From Tubulanus polymorphus (lineage: Eukaryota > Animalia > Nemertea), in assembly GCF_964204645.1 (NCBI RefSeq), contig NC_134027.1:3814485-3878484 (forward strand): a DNA stretch of 64,000 bases, written 5' to 3'. The notes beneath the pieces were generated by a model. It did not search any database and was not told where the DNA came from. It saw only the letters and a list, made by a program, of their open reading frames with translations. The position numbers were made by a program, and so were the translations under genes. Positions 50,062 through 64,000 of this stretch are shown in pieces (within the stretch, counting starts at the first letter, position 1; each line of letters opens with the position of its first letter).

Positions 50062-50967
50062 TTATACAGGATTATCAAAGTTCCCCTCCATGTGTCCATT
50101 TAAGTACTTGCACTTATGAATAATCAGTTCATTTCAGAGGGTGAGAATTCTCGCGCGATGTTTTCCACCGATAATAACAAAATCAAGCGGTTTTCCGACG
50201 TATTGTAGCGGAAGATTGTGCGTGTTTAAAGCGAGAATAATCCAAGATTATTTCGATAAAGAATCAGTGTTTAACGGCACGGCATAAGAATTCCGGTAGG
50301 ATCAAGTATCGAACAGTACAATGCCCCCGTGATTTACGAGCTTTTGATCCACAATATGGATTACTGCAAACACGGACCAAGATTGTCAGAAGTCTCCAAC
50401 CGAAACGCACGTTTTTATTCAAGACTGTAAATTGACCGTATTTCGACGCCACATAAACCACTGATATCATTAGGAAAATATACTTAATGAGTTTTTCGTG
50501 ACTTGTATGTATAGCTGGGGATAGTGTTATCATTTAAAGAACCATTTGACATACCGATACAATTATCGGCTTCTTTTTACTTTTTTCCGTTTTCTCGTTG
50601 GCATCGGGTCGTCGTTTCGCATTACTTACATGAGCTAATGCGAGGAATTGTAACTTAACATATCTTAAATATTGAAATAGTCTATAGCATAATTTCATTT
50701 AAACGTTCACCAATTATTGGGAAGAATAAATTCCTTGAATAGATAATCAGGAAGTTATTTGTTAGAACGTGAATTGTATAACTTCCCATCAAATTGTTTA
50801 TGTATATATACTACAATCCGGTTGGAAAAATAACGTTGCATCCAAAGTATATGCTGTAGAATTCCGAATATTGAAATTAGAGCTTATTTGATCAATTCGA
50901 TTTTCTTGAATGCAATAGCTGCGATTATGAGGTCAATATAAACAAGAAATCGCTTGAATACAATATT

Positions 50968-51939
50968 TCAGAGAAATGTCGCCGACGATACGGAGTTAAC
51001 GACTTGCCGAGACCGCTCTCCTTTTCGAAACAGACTTTTGCATTTAAAGCGCAGTCGTCTATCAACCACTACCCACGTGACCCAATAGGAAGCCGCATAC
51101 ACGCCCATCGTCCATGACGTAATTCGAATTGCACGACCGCTAACCATACCTGATAGACTTATTGGTACCGTTATTGCAAACGGCATCGTCGTAAAAAAGA
51201 AAACTATATACTGTAAATATATAGAGAATAAGGGTGCACATTCTTCCGAAAAAATTACACTTTTCAGCCATTTCGATAATGTTTGTTGGCGTAACCTGGG
51301 GTTGGAACGGACCTGCTTGCGACGTATTCTCGTAAGGATCGCCTCGCCTAGAAATACGTACAACACGCAAAGCACCAAAGCTGGTAAATATATACCGAGT
51401 ACGATCATCGTAATGCCACAACTGGGATTTTCACTGAGTCCGTAGCTACATGTGGAGCTGTTGTATCTGAAATCGTAGGTTAACACGAGACAATGCCAAT
51501 CCGTCACTAATTCACCCGGCATGTACATTATCGACGGTATGGCCCAAAGCAAGACGACCGATACCATAACAAACGTTCGTCGAATGCTAATTTCCACTTT
51601 GGTGATCTTAAGGTATTGATAAAACGCCATACCACTTGGACTGGAAACAGCCACAGCGAAAGGTATCAAAGACAGAACGGTTTTCGCCTTGCAGAGCCAC
51701 GGAAGAGTATCCTCGCCACCCATGTGTGTCAGACTTATGATCGTGTAAATGTTACATGAAAGGATACCAAGCATGCAGCCAATGCAGCCGTTCACTATGA
51801 AAAAAAATCCGTTCTTGAATTTCGTCCGTTGTATGAGAATTATCAGAAACAAGTTGCCGATAACTCCGGTGATAAATCCCAAAATATTCATTACCACACG
51901 AATCCAGAACGGTGCGTCACCTTCATTAGATTCCACCAT
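50968..51939 (-). CDS. Intronless divergent rhodopsin-like (class A) orphan GPCR
   Basis: 323-aa ORF with seven hydrophobic segments. GVIGNLFLI (TM1), conserved LC at the start of TM3, MAFYQY in place of DRY, LWAIP (TM4), LGIYLP (TM5), MPF (TM6). Confidence 0.75.
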   Translation of the reverse strand: MVESNEGDAPFWIRVVMNILGFITGVIGNLFLIILIQRTKFKNGFFFIVNGCIGCMLGILSCNIYTIISLTHMGGEDTLPWLCKAKTVLSLIPFAVAVSSPSGMAFYQYLKITKVEISIRRTFVMVSVVLLWAIPSIMYMPGELVTDWHCLVLTYDFRYNSSTCSYGLSENPSCGITMIVLGIYLPALVLCVLYVFLGEAILTRIRRKQVRSNPRLRQQTLSKWLKSVIFSEECAPLFSIYLQYIVFFFTTMPFAITVPISLSGMVSGRAIRITSWTMGVYAASYWVTWVVVDRRLRFKCKSLFRKGERSRQVVNSVSSATFL

Positions 51940-54900
51940 GTTGATTCTAAGATCTATCTTTGAGTTCTACTCTCCTGCTACAACTATGGCTGCGACCGTG
52001 CACGTATATATTGTGTATACTACCCAATTATGCTGGTGGTAAATATAGCGTATATCTAGATAATTTGCATTTCTATCCCTTTAAAAGGAAGTTAATCATG
52101 TTTATAATGTACGGTTTTTCCATATGCGTAATCAAATGCATCGATTTCAATTGTTACATTTTGAATAAAGACAATCCCCATGTATAGATAAGCTACGTAA
52201 CCCGCACCCTGACAATTTTGGAATAGCTGCATCAAAACCTGTTCTTGGCCACTATTGAGTGTGTTTGAGACGTGGTAGAAATATTGTTTGAGGAGGCGGT
52301 AATAAATCAGTTATCGATAAATAAATGGCTGACTTCGGGCAAGAAGTAAACCACCAATCTGTGCGCATGCATGTAAACTTCGCCATAACTGAACTGATCA
52401 ATGCCGGGCAGACCATCAGCTGTGAATAATATGATTTAGCGATAGATTTTGTTTACTGGGGTGTGAGATGATCCACACTTGACTTCAATCAGTAGTCCCA
52501 TCCTCGTGGTCATATTCATCGTAATACGATGGTCACTACTAAAGAGTCCGCGCGATTAAGCAAGTCGTATTTCACGGATACCCGCGATAATGCCATTGCC
52601 ACTCATACGGAGGAAAACGCGTTGCAGCCATAATCTTGTGAGAATTGCGATAAGCAATTATCACACAACTGCCCAATATATCGTCGTCGCATGAAGTAAC
52701 AAAGGATGCAATTATGTTGGCGTAATTATCCGAAGATGCTATACCCGTGGTCTATACTTTTACGTCTAGATTATATCCACCTACGATACAGTCACACTTC
52801 GCCGAAGGGTTTATTCGCGAGCGTCCATTTTTGGACGCGGACATTTGCGATAAAATGTCATTGGATGTACAATATCAAACTAGTTCGGTCTGATATAGGT
52901 AATTTAAAACCACCTGGAAACAAGATAATTTGAATTTCATTGTTAAATCTACAGCAGTCATGAATTAAAAAGAATTCAGAACTGAAAATTATCTTAAAAT
53001 TATCATCATCAGAAAAACCAAAATGATATCTTATCACTATGGTTTCTCTGATGATGGAGTTTATCTAAACTCTGAGACTGTCAGACAATAAACGCTTTAA
53101 TATCAACTGCGAGTCTTTTACTTGTTAACTCTAAATACTGTCTTCCAGTCAGAACAATGTTTATTTCAGAGCTAGAAACGGACATCGTCCTATCTAGAAT
53201 TTTTATGCCAGCAAATGCGTAATATTGATTAAATCTTTTGTGGTGGTATCGTTAGTCGGTTGAAGGGAACTGAGTCGATACAATTGAAATCAGTTTCTCT
53301 TCTAACAGATTTCAATTGAAAGAATGTCGTTTACAACTGACAGAACGCCACGAATTAAAGATTGACAACATCACTTTCATAGTGTGGAGAGTTCGCTATT
53401 TCGTAATGTAGTCCCCTCACAAATTGATTCTTCGCACTACGTCTCTATTCATAACGAAGAAATTAGATTCATATCACGAACGACAGGGTGTTTAATGATT
53501 CGCTTCTGTGTCACGAAAACCAATCTTTGCAATTGGAGAGCAGAAACGAGTGATTTATTTAGCGTGAGCGAACGACGTCAAATTTTGTTTTCACTTACAT
53601 TCAAATAATGAAGCTCATCAGGCGGATGCTTTATTATTGACACAAGTCAAATTATCTGTGACGCATATTCGGCCCGTGATCTTCCTAGACACATCGAGTA
53701 CTTCACTTCTCTGACCCGGCGTATACGTGTTTTTACATCACGATATTAATGAGGAAAATTCTCCTGGCTATTAGACGGACGGCTCAGCTTCTCCCCGAGA
53801 GATTATTGTCATCGAAAAATCTCCGGGTGATTATCAAATTCTGATTATCAGATACGCCTTAGGCGCCGAGTTTTGATCATACGGGAACAGTCGAAGGGAG
53901 TCGTATATTTCAAACAAATTTCTCCAAGGGCTTTTCACGAAAAAACAATGTCATTTACAGATGACGCTCTCGTCAACTTATGTCTCTACAGCAGATATGC
54001 CTTGTTGAGAAATTCAAACTTGATAGCAAACGGTGAAGTCATCGATTTGAAATGAACTTTTATTTAGTAAAATAATTTACTTGAATTTCATATACGTACA
54101 TTTACTTTTTAACGGTTTCAAATTTGTCTCATAAGAGACTCGCGACAAAATTCAACAATAAGTATAGATGCTACATATATGATAACATAATATATCAATT
54201 CGAGATTTCACATTTCAATTTCACAAAGTTCAGGCATATTGTACTTATAAACATTAATGATATGCTTATTTTTCGCCCTTAAAGCATAAATAAATAAAGG
54301 CTAAGACGATCGTTCGTTCATATGTATCAACGTTTGAAGCGATAATTCGCTAATTATAAAAGCGATAATTGAAGATTTCGCTCTATCAATTAAAGACGTT
54401 TACAAAATTATTTTAGTGCCTCGAAGTCAAGCCACAATCACGAGCACATTTTCTTTCGTTTATTATTTTTCCCATTTCTATTTACATCATATTCGTCTAT
54501 ACAAGAAGAGAAAATGTACGAAAAATAAACATTATTGGACCTTCTGTAGAAATGATTACTGTATGGTCGATACCACGATCAACGATCATTAGAGAAAATT
54601 CAAATGAACTGACAGCACAATATGCTAAATTTTCATTTTTGTCTGACATTATCTGAGATCAAAAATTACATTTATCTAAGCACACAAATATATCTTAAAC
54701 GCTTGCCTGTGATTCAAATATTCTACGATGATTAGTTATTGAACAGAATTTGCGTGTAAAACCAGACAAAGTTGCGTGGGAGAACTCATGACCATAGAAT
54801 TCTTGGAGCAATCCTTATTTTCCCAACGATGCTCAATGCAACAGACCGCATACGTACAGGAAGTAGTTTTTAAGATACGTCGATATAGATTCATATCACA

Positions 54901-57900
54901 GGTATTTTTTCCTTTAAAGAAAAATATGATAAGCACGCGAACATTGCGATACGCGTTAGCAAAGAATGTTGAGTTAAAGGCCATGATTTTTCAGTGATCA
55001 ATTCGAAGCCAGTCGCCGTCAACCATGGAAGCAGTACTGACAGATTCTTCATAAGAATATTGACTTAGTTTTTCATATTTCGTGTTCCAGTGACAAAGCA
55101 ATACGAAAGCTTTTATAGAATCTTTGATCCGTCACCGAGTTAGGTCACCTGCCAGGATACGATGATTCTTTGCTTAGTTAATGCGTATAATTTGTCAATG
55201 AAAGCCGATGCGGTTTGTATAAACAGGTATTCGACTGCAGCCATAACCAGATTGAATTTGCTCTACATCTAATACGGTCGTTTAAACCAATATGCCCCTA
55301 TTAGATTTCCATGACGGAGGGCGCGCAGCCTCTAAGGAAAATGCGCACTATGGTTTTAATTTCTTATCTAAATCGACCATTCGCTTGAATTTCATTTGAG
55401 GCGAGGAAATTCGAGTATCAGCGGCATTTCTATTATCAGAAACGTAACAAGATAACAATGCACGTCTCGCGGAATGTGATTTAGATCGATTCTAAATATT
55501 CGATATAGCTAGAAAATCGCTCGGGAAGTTTCATCACCTTTCATGCGCCCTAAGTCAGAGAACGAATTACGAACCACGCATGGAATATCTTTCTTTTGCT
55601 ATCGCGGGACTAGAAATGGGATCGTGCTGATACCTCGTCTCCCTGGACTTTATTGATATTTGGCAAAGTAAAGCGCGAATCCGGAGGGTCACATTCTTGA
55701 AAACGATACCACGATGTTTCATCGTTTGATCTCGGCAGATGGTGTTTTTAAATCGATGGTTTCATGACGTACCGTATCTCTACTGGCGGCGTCTTCGACT
55801 GCGGTTACCCATGCGCGGCAGGTGAAACTAACGAGTTGAGAGAAAAAATAATATTTCCATTAGAAATGTCACCTTTATGAGACGGACTTGCGGCAAGAGC
55901 CTACAGACACAAGTTTCACGAAATAGCTTGATTTCACGTTTTAGGAGGCTTCCACGTTATATACACACACGATCAACGATTTTTTTTTAATGGAAAATGC
56001 ATTAAGCCCGAGTTTCTATAGGTTTTTATACGTCTGTAGATCCACTAATTTCTGTATTGCCGTTCGGTGTGACCGAGCGAGGATACCTCAGTGGGGGTTG
56101 ACGGGAAAACACTGTCGAATGAGCCTCGGCTGGCACCTCGCTATATACGTACGACTTTCCCAAATATTCCGCACCCTTTGTGTCTGAAAAAAAACGAGAG
56201 ATCTTCAATAAAAATACGTCACGGTGGCAGTACGAATAGATTATCTTCAAATCAAAGGATATTCATCACTGCTTATTGCAGAATGTAGTCTTCACAATTC
56301 GCGTTCATTATCCGCATTATCATACGCATCGATCATGCAGTAATCCGATTGACTAAAATCTTATCGGTTTAACTAAGAAATATTTTGTGATGGGATTTTT
56401 AATTTAACAGCATGCAAATTGCCAGCATGCGTCATGGAAACTGCTGATCATTGGAATAATTCCTTTCTATTATTAGATCCGACACGTCTTGTCAATAGTT
56501 CATTACCTATCTGAATGTTCATACTTTAATACATATCTGATATGTCAGAATGATTCGCACAACAAATATAGTTTTACTGTAAGGTGATAGTGTGAATATA
56601 TCAAATATATTCATTTCTAGAAATACGAAGGCGTATCTTCCTCTTACACGCCAACAGGTTCTTTTCTCTTCATATTTGACTGTATGCAGAGCTAAGTCGA
56701 ATAAGAAAGCTAACTTGAAAGGCTTAGAAATTAACAAACTGATGAAGTAGTGCACATCCACTCCTCACATCATATCGTAATTGCCAAAAAAATTCATAAT
56801 CAAAAATAAATGACAATTCGGAACATAAGAGTCATGACATTCATTTAATTACAAATAAACGCCAATATTCGCAATTGTCAGTTGTTTGAAGGGTCGATAT
56901 CGATGACGTGTAGTTCACATTGATTCGTGTACTGCCCTTTTTAATAAATGCTTAGCAGTTATCAGTAGAAACATTGGTTTTTACGGCAACAAATAATAAT
57001 CTATCGCATATCTGCCTTTCTACAGTTCACCTTTCTGAATGTTTTCATATTTGTACATATTTTGATGTATTGCAATTGCCCGACTTGGGATACAATGAAA
57101 ATAACGTCTACAATATAACATGACGCCTCGAGGTAATTTATTTGGCATCAAAAATCTGATATAGGAAATCTCTAGATCTCTAGGTGAGGAAAAAGATCTC
57201 CTTACGTGGAAAAATGATATAACGTCTACAATGATAAAGTGACGCCTCAAAATAATTGATCTGAGCAAAGGGATCTCTGAATCTTTAGATGTAGAAAAAG
57301 TGTTATAGAATTTATACTGCCTAAGCTGGTGCTGCTGTTGATAGGATATTGGCTTCCAGAATTGCAACATGGCCTATTTAATTTTCTTGAGGTAACATTG
57401 TCGTTGGCTTCGGAGTTTATTACGAATGATGTGCTCATATTTTGAAATACAGAGTTGCACGGTGGGCTATGCGCAATTTCCAGCCAATCTTCTCTCTCAT
57501 CAGGACTAATGGGGAAAATAAACAACAGGCGACAAACACAAACGAACATAAATAGACGGAAATGTTATCATATTACGCACTAAGCCGTTATATTTTCTAT
57601 TTATTGTGGAAGCAACAGATCGGCAGAGGTCGAACTGTTTCCCTCAGAGAAAGAGAAATTCACTTTTACAGGTATAACGAGATCACGACGAATGACTTAA
57701 AGGAATTTTATTCGAGTAACCTCGTAGCGATTCAGTCCGTCAGAGTTTCTAGACGCATGTGTTCGAGTGTGCATCAGTTCTTCATATTGTAATTTATGAT
57801 TCGGCGTCAGGGATGAAAATATTATGCGATGTCATGACGTTCTCGCGTTAATCCTGGTGGTTGCAAATTTTACTCATCGAATCATTTCGATCTTCGGTTC

Positions 57901-60346
57901 ACTGTAAATCACGACGGGATTAATCCAATTATGATTGATTTTCACACATCACAGTAGGCCTAATATTCGCGTAATAAGTCGCCGCCAATGACATTTCAGT
58001 TCCCTTCGCGGTGAAATGCCTTGCGTAATCGCTGCAATAACACGGCGGGTTGTTGGTACATACCAGTTTATTTCAAATGGCACCAGTCTAAAAACTGCTG
58101 CGGTTTAGATTTCACCCCTGTTGCACACTTTCGACTTGGTATTGCCAGATAAGCTTAATCCGGATGGAATGATTTATCAAGAAGGCAAATCGCCTCCGAC
58201 TAACCGCGCAAACTCATCCGCCCGACTCTCCTGAATTTATAAGCGCGCACTTTCCCAGTTTTGGCCGTATGATTAATAAACCCCGGGAATGTGAATACAA
58301 AGATAGGAAAACAGGCCCATTACAGTTCTGTATTGAGGGTCTATGTGACTTCGTTGATATGTGTCTCTTTTCATGTCAATGGCTTCGATGACGTCAGTTC
58401 TTCGATAGAAATTGTAATTTAAGATTATCCAAAAATTAGAATGCAAGAATGATAGGAGCGCTTTCGTTGACCCGATATAGATGTTATTACTTACAGATGG
58501 AAACGAAATTTATCAAGATATTGGGCTTTCTGCCTTAACGTGATACATCTATGAATACTGAAGTTACGTCAGATTTTGCGGAGAACTCTTTCATGTGAAT
58601 TGTTATAATTGCGACATTCACCTGATAGGCTTCCATCTATTATTTTGCCAGTGCGCATTCTGGCATATCTAATGAAGCCACTCAGGTGCATGTTAACCCT
58701 CTCCTGGTAAACCATCGACTAAGTTATCACATGAAAGCGTTTGTTTGAAGATGTTTTTGCGTGCTAACCCACTAGCGACATTTCATTGACAAATAGCTAC
58801 GATCAAATTAGCATTCCCTTATCGGTCCTCAGCAATTTTAATGATAAACCGTTTTTGCAGATGTTGTGCAAGAGTTTGTAAACTAAAGTAAACCTAGTAG
58901 TTTTCTGCATAAATCTGTTATCACGAATGTTTCTATTTTTCATCATCATCATTCATCGATGAATCACGACAAAAGCGTTGTTACGGATGACAACTTCAAG
59001 ATGATCGAACGACGGTGAAATTAATTGCGATATAAATAAATTCTAACGCGATGCATATACACTGGATAAATAAATCATTAGACATGGGGAGGAAAATTAT
59101 TATTGTCACAACAGACTCGTTACCATGTGCAACCCCTGTCATCACCATATCCTCTAAAGCGATGTAAAAAAATGCCAATGTACTTGTTTGTTGGATCAAG
59201 CCACGGTTTTTATAGCAACTGATCTTTTTAATTTTTTCCACACTAAATTTAACCAGATATTCACTATTTGACGAGCATATAATTCTGTAATTTGATAAGT
59301 ACTCGTCATGATGGAATAGCATGCAACATTTCTACACACTTGACTGTTCACAAATCAAATACAACACTATTCCTAATATTAGTTTCGACAGCTAATGTTA
59401 ACCCGGTGAACATTTGATAGCTATATGCGGCATCTGCTGATACCCATATTCTAAAATTCTGAAATTATTCAAACATTTTTTCTTTGGAAATGCTGTGAAT
59501 TGATTCGTTTTACATCAGCTATGAGTCACTTGTATGAGCTGGTATTGACAGATTCGTCTTTGGCACTTCGCCTTATAATTTAGCCAAACGAAATAGCAAA
59601 TGATATTGAGAGGAATAGATGTACAAATGAACAATAGCACAGTAGCTATCATTAGCTGTATGCCATTTGCGTGAGAAAGAAAATAAGAAATGTTCGTTTG
59701 TAGCATTTAGTTTTTCTAAGCTGTCAAGTAATGTCTCCAATCTTTCAAGCAAAACGCTTTTAAGTAACATGCGATATGTATGCCATGAACTTGATGCGAT
59801 CGTGGATATTTATGATTCCAGTTATTTTGAATAAACATATCGAGAGGATAAATCTGATATTTAGTGCACGTTTTATAACAGTAAGGTGACATAAATGACA
59901 TCATTTTACTGCAGTAAGATCCCAGGTGAACCTGGAAATGTACTGCTAATCCTCTCAGAAATAAACCCTCTGCTGTGGTTTGATTAGAGGAGGTTTTACG
60001 TCGGAGCCGAACATAAAGGGTTTTAAAACTCAAACAAACAGTTTCAAATCAGCAAACTTACCTGTGTTATACGATTCAATAAGCGCAACGCAAAACGGAT
60101 ATCACAGAAGAAGACTACAGTATAATCTAAACTATATACAAAACACGTCAAACAAAAAGGGATTAACAACATCGGAGGATTGCAGTAATGTCCATCTATT
60201 TCAAGCGATACAAAATGTATATTTTCTGTCACAGGTGCATGCATATATACATAGATATATGTATGGTATCATCGCGGAGAAATTCATATATTCTATGGAC
60301 CCGGTGCCTTAAGTGTCTGCGTTAAATATAGAGGGCTGTTCTATCA

Positions 60347-60646
60347 TCAAAGATCACTCTCTTGCATCGTCGTCACCGCAGTAGTTGTAACATAACGATA
60401 TCTAGACTGTTTCGACTGCTTACCGCATGATAAAAGCCGCTTAAAGGCACGTCGAAACTTCATCGACATGGCATTATATAAAATAGGGTTGATGGCCGAA
60501 TTCATGTAGACCAAGAGACGGCAGAACAGTTTGAACCACAAGTCGACATAACGCTTTTTGCTAAACGAATTATATACAACCCAGACACGGTATGGCATCC
60601 ACAATGTGGCAAACATTCCCACCACTACAGCCAACATCTTTATCAC
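60347..60646 (-). CDS. Last coding exon (TM6-TM7-C tail) of a TRH-receptor-like GPCR; upstream exons not found in this window
   Basis: Acceptor ttttgcag| followed by VIKMLAVVVGMFATLWMPYR..VYNSF..WFKLFCRLLVYMNSAINPILYNAMSMKFRRAF, which closely matches TRH-receptor motifs (KMLAVVV..LWMPYR, WF.LFCR..Y.NSAINP). Confidence 0.85.
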   Translation of the reverse strand: MIKMLAVVVGMFATLWMPYRVWVVYNSFSKKRYVDLWFKLFCRLLVYMNSAINPILYNAMSMKFRRAFKRLLSCGKQSKQSRYRYVTTTAVTTMQESDL

Positions 60647-61744
60647 CTGCAAAATACAAAATAAGAATGTTTTATTAGAATGATAGATTTTGTTGCATTT
60701 CAAACCATTTAGTGGACTTTCATTTAATTACTGGTACAGTAGGTGCAGAAGTGTCTGTAATCCGGTTAATTATGATCTAAATCAAACGCTTTTCGTACGA
60801 AACCAAGACCGTTTGCGCGAAACCGCTTTCGTCGAGCTCCGAGAGTGAATTAATAATTTTCCAGTAGAGTTAATTAACGATAAAACAAAACGTCAAATAA
60901 ATCAGAAACTGCGTGGATTTTACGACAAATCACACCTGCTTTAACACGCAAGTCATGCTGAGTAAAACACGTCTTTGCACTCCTTGCACTTAAAGCCAAA
61001 CCGATTTACGGGAACATTGAATTAATTACCGAACGTATAGAAAAAATAACGAAAATCCATCGGATTAAATTATAGAATATTCGTGTGTTCGTGCGGGGCT
61101 GTAATAAGGTGCGATTATCCGATAACGGAGAGGGCGGTTTTGCCGTCATTTTATTCGGGGTGTCGATAGCATGTGTTCTGAACGTTCGATTTAATCGTAA
61201 ATCATAATGATATCGCATTCGGCATTTTTCGGGAGCGCGCTCTCGCGGCATCGACGTTATTGGCGAGAAGCTCCCTAAACGTCATGACAAAAATTGAATT
61301 CGAACGATCCCGCACAATTTAGTCCCTAATGGCTTCCCGGATGCGGCGCCATCAATAGTTTTCCGTGATCATTTTGCCGATATGAGAAAGTAACATTACC
61401 TGATGCACGCGCCGATATGCAGAGCCGCTTACGCATCGATTTCATGAAAGCGAGAACTGAAAATATTGGACCGAGTAATTGTTTCACCAAGTGAAACTGT
61501 CTGTTTTATAACCATTCGATCAGGGGGATTATGTTTTCGGCCCTAGTCGTTTTAGTTTCATTGCGTCGATCAAAATTAGTAAGACGAAAATAATAGTTGA
61601 AACTTGAAATTGATAAAATACGCACTGGATAAAGTGCTTAATGGTGTGGTTGATATTCATATAGGAAAATTTCGAATCATCATCATCAGTGACGTCATCT
61701 ACAAGCTATGTTTTCTAGGTGTAGTAGACTGATGTGTTCATTTC

Positions 61745-61783
61745 ATCTTGGAGTAATCATTTGTCAAATGATTACTCCAAGAT
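61745..61783. repeat. Perfect palindrome with 19-bp arms
   Basis: ATCTTGGAGTAATCATTTG-T-CAAATGATTACTCCAAGAT. Confidence 0.9.
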
Positions 61784-64000
61784 TTCATCGATCAATTGCG
61801 GATTCCTCAATCAATGTGTGGTTATCAACAGTGGATTATACCAGATGATTAAACTAATGTTAGTACAATGATCCCGATAAGAATTTCTCCTAAGAATTTC
61901 TCTCTAGTTTTACTCATTCAAATCCTTACATTTCAGTTGAACCGACTCGTATCATAATCCATTTTCCAACAAAATTCGAATATATCAAAACTAAATCCCC
62001 CGGGACTTTCGGTGAAATCCATTTCAAACCGCAGTATCAAATTACTGGTGTACACGAAGATTGTGTGTTTGTGCAGAATCGATGGTGATGAATTCTAAGT
62101 GGGAAATCAAATTAAATTGCTGAAATGCGTGGTACTATATACGCATTTGCTCGTATGCAAAATGCTGTTTGGTTCGATCTAACAATATCCTTTCGAACGC
62201 ATGTTTCTTAACTATACCGAAGATTAAATACATCATCCCCGCGCTACAAGTTATACAGTTACGTAAAAAGACAATTCGTTGTCTGGGATCTTACTATTCT
62301 ATAAAATGGCAGTGCAGCTCATAAATGATTACTGAAATTGAAATGTGGCCCATTTAGGCTTTTAACTCTCGTCAATTATTCATTTAACCTGCATTTCACT
62401 TTTAATCGTTGTGTTCTAACAGGGAGATTTATGTTGTAGTTTGTAAGCTGATCCCGAATGTAAAATAGCAATTAGACGTGTAAGGTTTGTGAACGATGAA
62501 CTGATGAATTAGAATGTTGTCGTTAAACTGATAACTGCCGATTAATCATCGTATAACCCTTAATGTCAGGCGATAGCTAATTGAGAGAAACTGATTACCA
62601 GATACTGCTGAAAAATGTTGACAGATCAATGAAATCTCCATTCACAACATAAAGCTGATGGTTTTCAATGTTTGAAAAATGGAGAATCCATGTTTTCACA
62701 CGGTTCATTTTTACACACAACGTACATTTTGTTACAAAATGTATTGAAAATTTTATGTCAAGTCGCATTAGGAACTCTGATGATTTCAAAGTGTCAAAGC
62801 TTTTTGCCATGAAGTGGAATATTCTTATCAGTGTATTTGAAGTTATAAGGACATTAGCGAGGAGAATCACGATTCAGGATTAGGGATGTTATCTGTTTTC
62901 GCTACTTCCATTTCGTGTATCGCATGCACGCTGCGTCAGAAATAAAAATAATCCTTTTCCGTCGAACTAAAAACTTGTCCACAGTCAATGGCTCAAAAAG
63001 ATATTTGAAATCGATAAATCGATATTGAAAGCGATCAATCTACGTCGTAAAATCGTCGAGTGAGCGATGATGTCTGACAGCTCGAGTCGACACGGGATGT
63101 TGAATGAATACACATCGAATTCCCCCATTCACAACGCAATTCTTTGAATCCACATTCTATCCAGATTATTTTATATTTGTCTATCAGACCTCAAATAAAA
63201 CCAGTCGGTAGCAAATATTTAAATTAGCTAGAGTTTCAAATAACATTTCCTCTGACGCACACCGGGACGATCGATTCGTCCAGTTGATGAATTATGTAGA
63301 AAACGAAGGTTGTTGTTGTTATACTATACGCGGAAATTGTTATTTCGTTATTCGTTGCGTTGCTGCATCTGAACTATTCACGCGGAATCAAACAATTATT
63401 TTTAGTCGATGTGCATTGTCAAACAGCTTCATTTCAAATAAGGCAACAGCTGAATAATTGTAAGTGACTTGATTTGCTGATAATGAATAGTTTTGTTGCT
63501 GCCCGTCCAACTTTGGAATATCTGAGAAATTACGGATTTAAACGTATTTCATGCAAACTCCTGTCTGACAGGACATCAAATGACATCATTTAGAATTAAC
63601 TTCGTCAAGTTGAGTGAGTGTTGATATGTTTTATCTACTCCGTATTGACAGGCTATATTCCCCAGATTCGATTTCAGTTTTTAATTGATGCATAATTAGA
63701 GTTTGTGTTTCATCGATTCAGTTTCTATTTGAGTCAGGCGGAATTTACTTTTAACGATAGATTACGGTTACGTTCCACGTTAAATTCCGTGCTCACAAGA
63801 AAAGCTTGGACCGATCGGGACCAAAGGCAAATTCACAACCTGTCACTCAATCGGAGATTTCCATTGATTACGTATCGTGTGAATGTTTTTTTTCTCGATC
63901 AAATTGATTGTTTTGCCCACAATAAATGCAGAAGATATTCGTAATCCATCGACAATTGTGATTGATTCGAGTCGTAACGATGGAATAAATGGCGCGCAAA

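Noticed and set aside
50968-51939. Opsin call
   Set aside because: No retinal-binding Lys in TM7.
52000-57000. Scattered 60-80 aa ORFs
   Set aside because: No motifs and no consistent splice chain seen. Treated as intergenic or regulatory DNA.
61878-61903. Short tandem duplication TAAGAATTTCTC(C/T) x2 (a similar one lies near 47816)
   Set aside because: Ordinary slippage duplication with no further structure.

Overview
Eukaryotic (invertebrate metazoan-like) genomic DNA: AT-rich, gene-dense, with short GT-AG introns. Genes read left to right: (1) an intronless FMRFamide-receptor-like class A GPCR; (2) an intronless DOMON + cytochrome b561 ferric-chelate reductase (FRRS1-like); (3) three tandem SSUH2-like genes on the minus strand, each ending in a CAAX box; (4) a short coiled-coil gene with a CEP290-like C-terminus; (5) a 5-exon secreted protein joining a Frizzled CRD to a laminin-G domain; (6) CHMP1A head-to-head with METTL17; (7) a CNBD2-like two-cNMP-domain gene; (8) a divergent intronless GPCR; (9) the last coding exon of a TRH-receptor-like GPCR. 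Several non-autonomous DNA transposon families are present (Harbinger/Tourist-like, P-like with 8-bp TSDs, EnSpm-like, Tigger-like). Two things stand out. First, a composite Harbinger-type MITE (23905-24381), built from two MITE subfamilies, has captured a 52-codon fragment of an FRRS1 paralogue. It lies antisense in the 3' region of the coiled-coil gene and supplies the first canonical AATAAA after that gene's stop. Second, the secreted FZ-CRD + LamG domain architecture is unusual. All gene models were reconstructed by eye and no database search was run.
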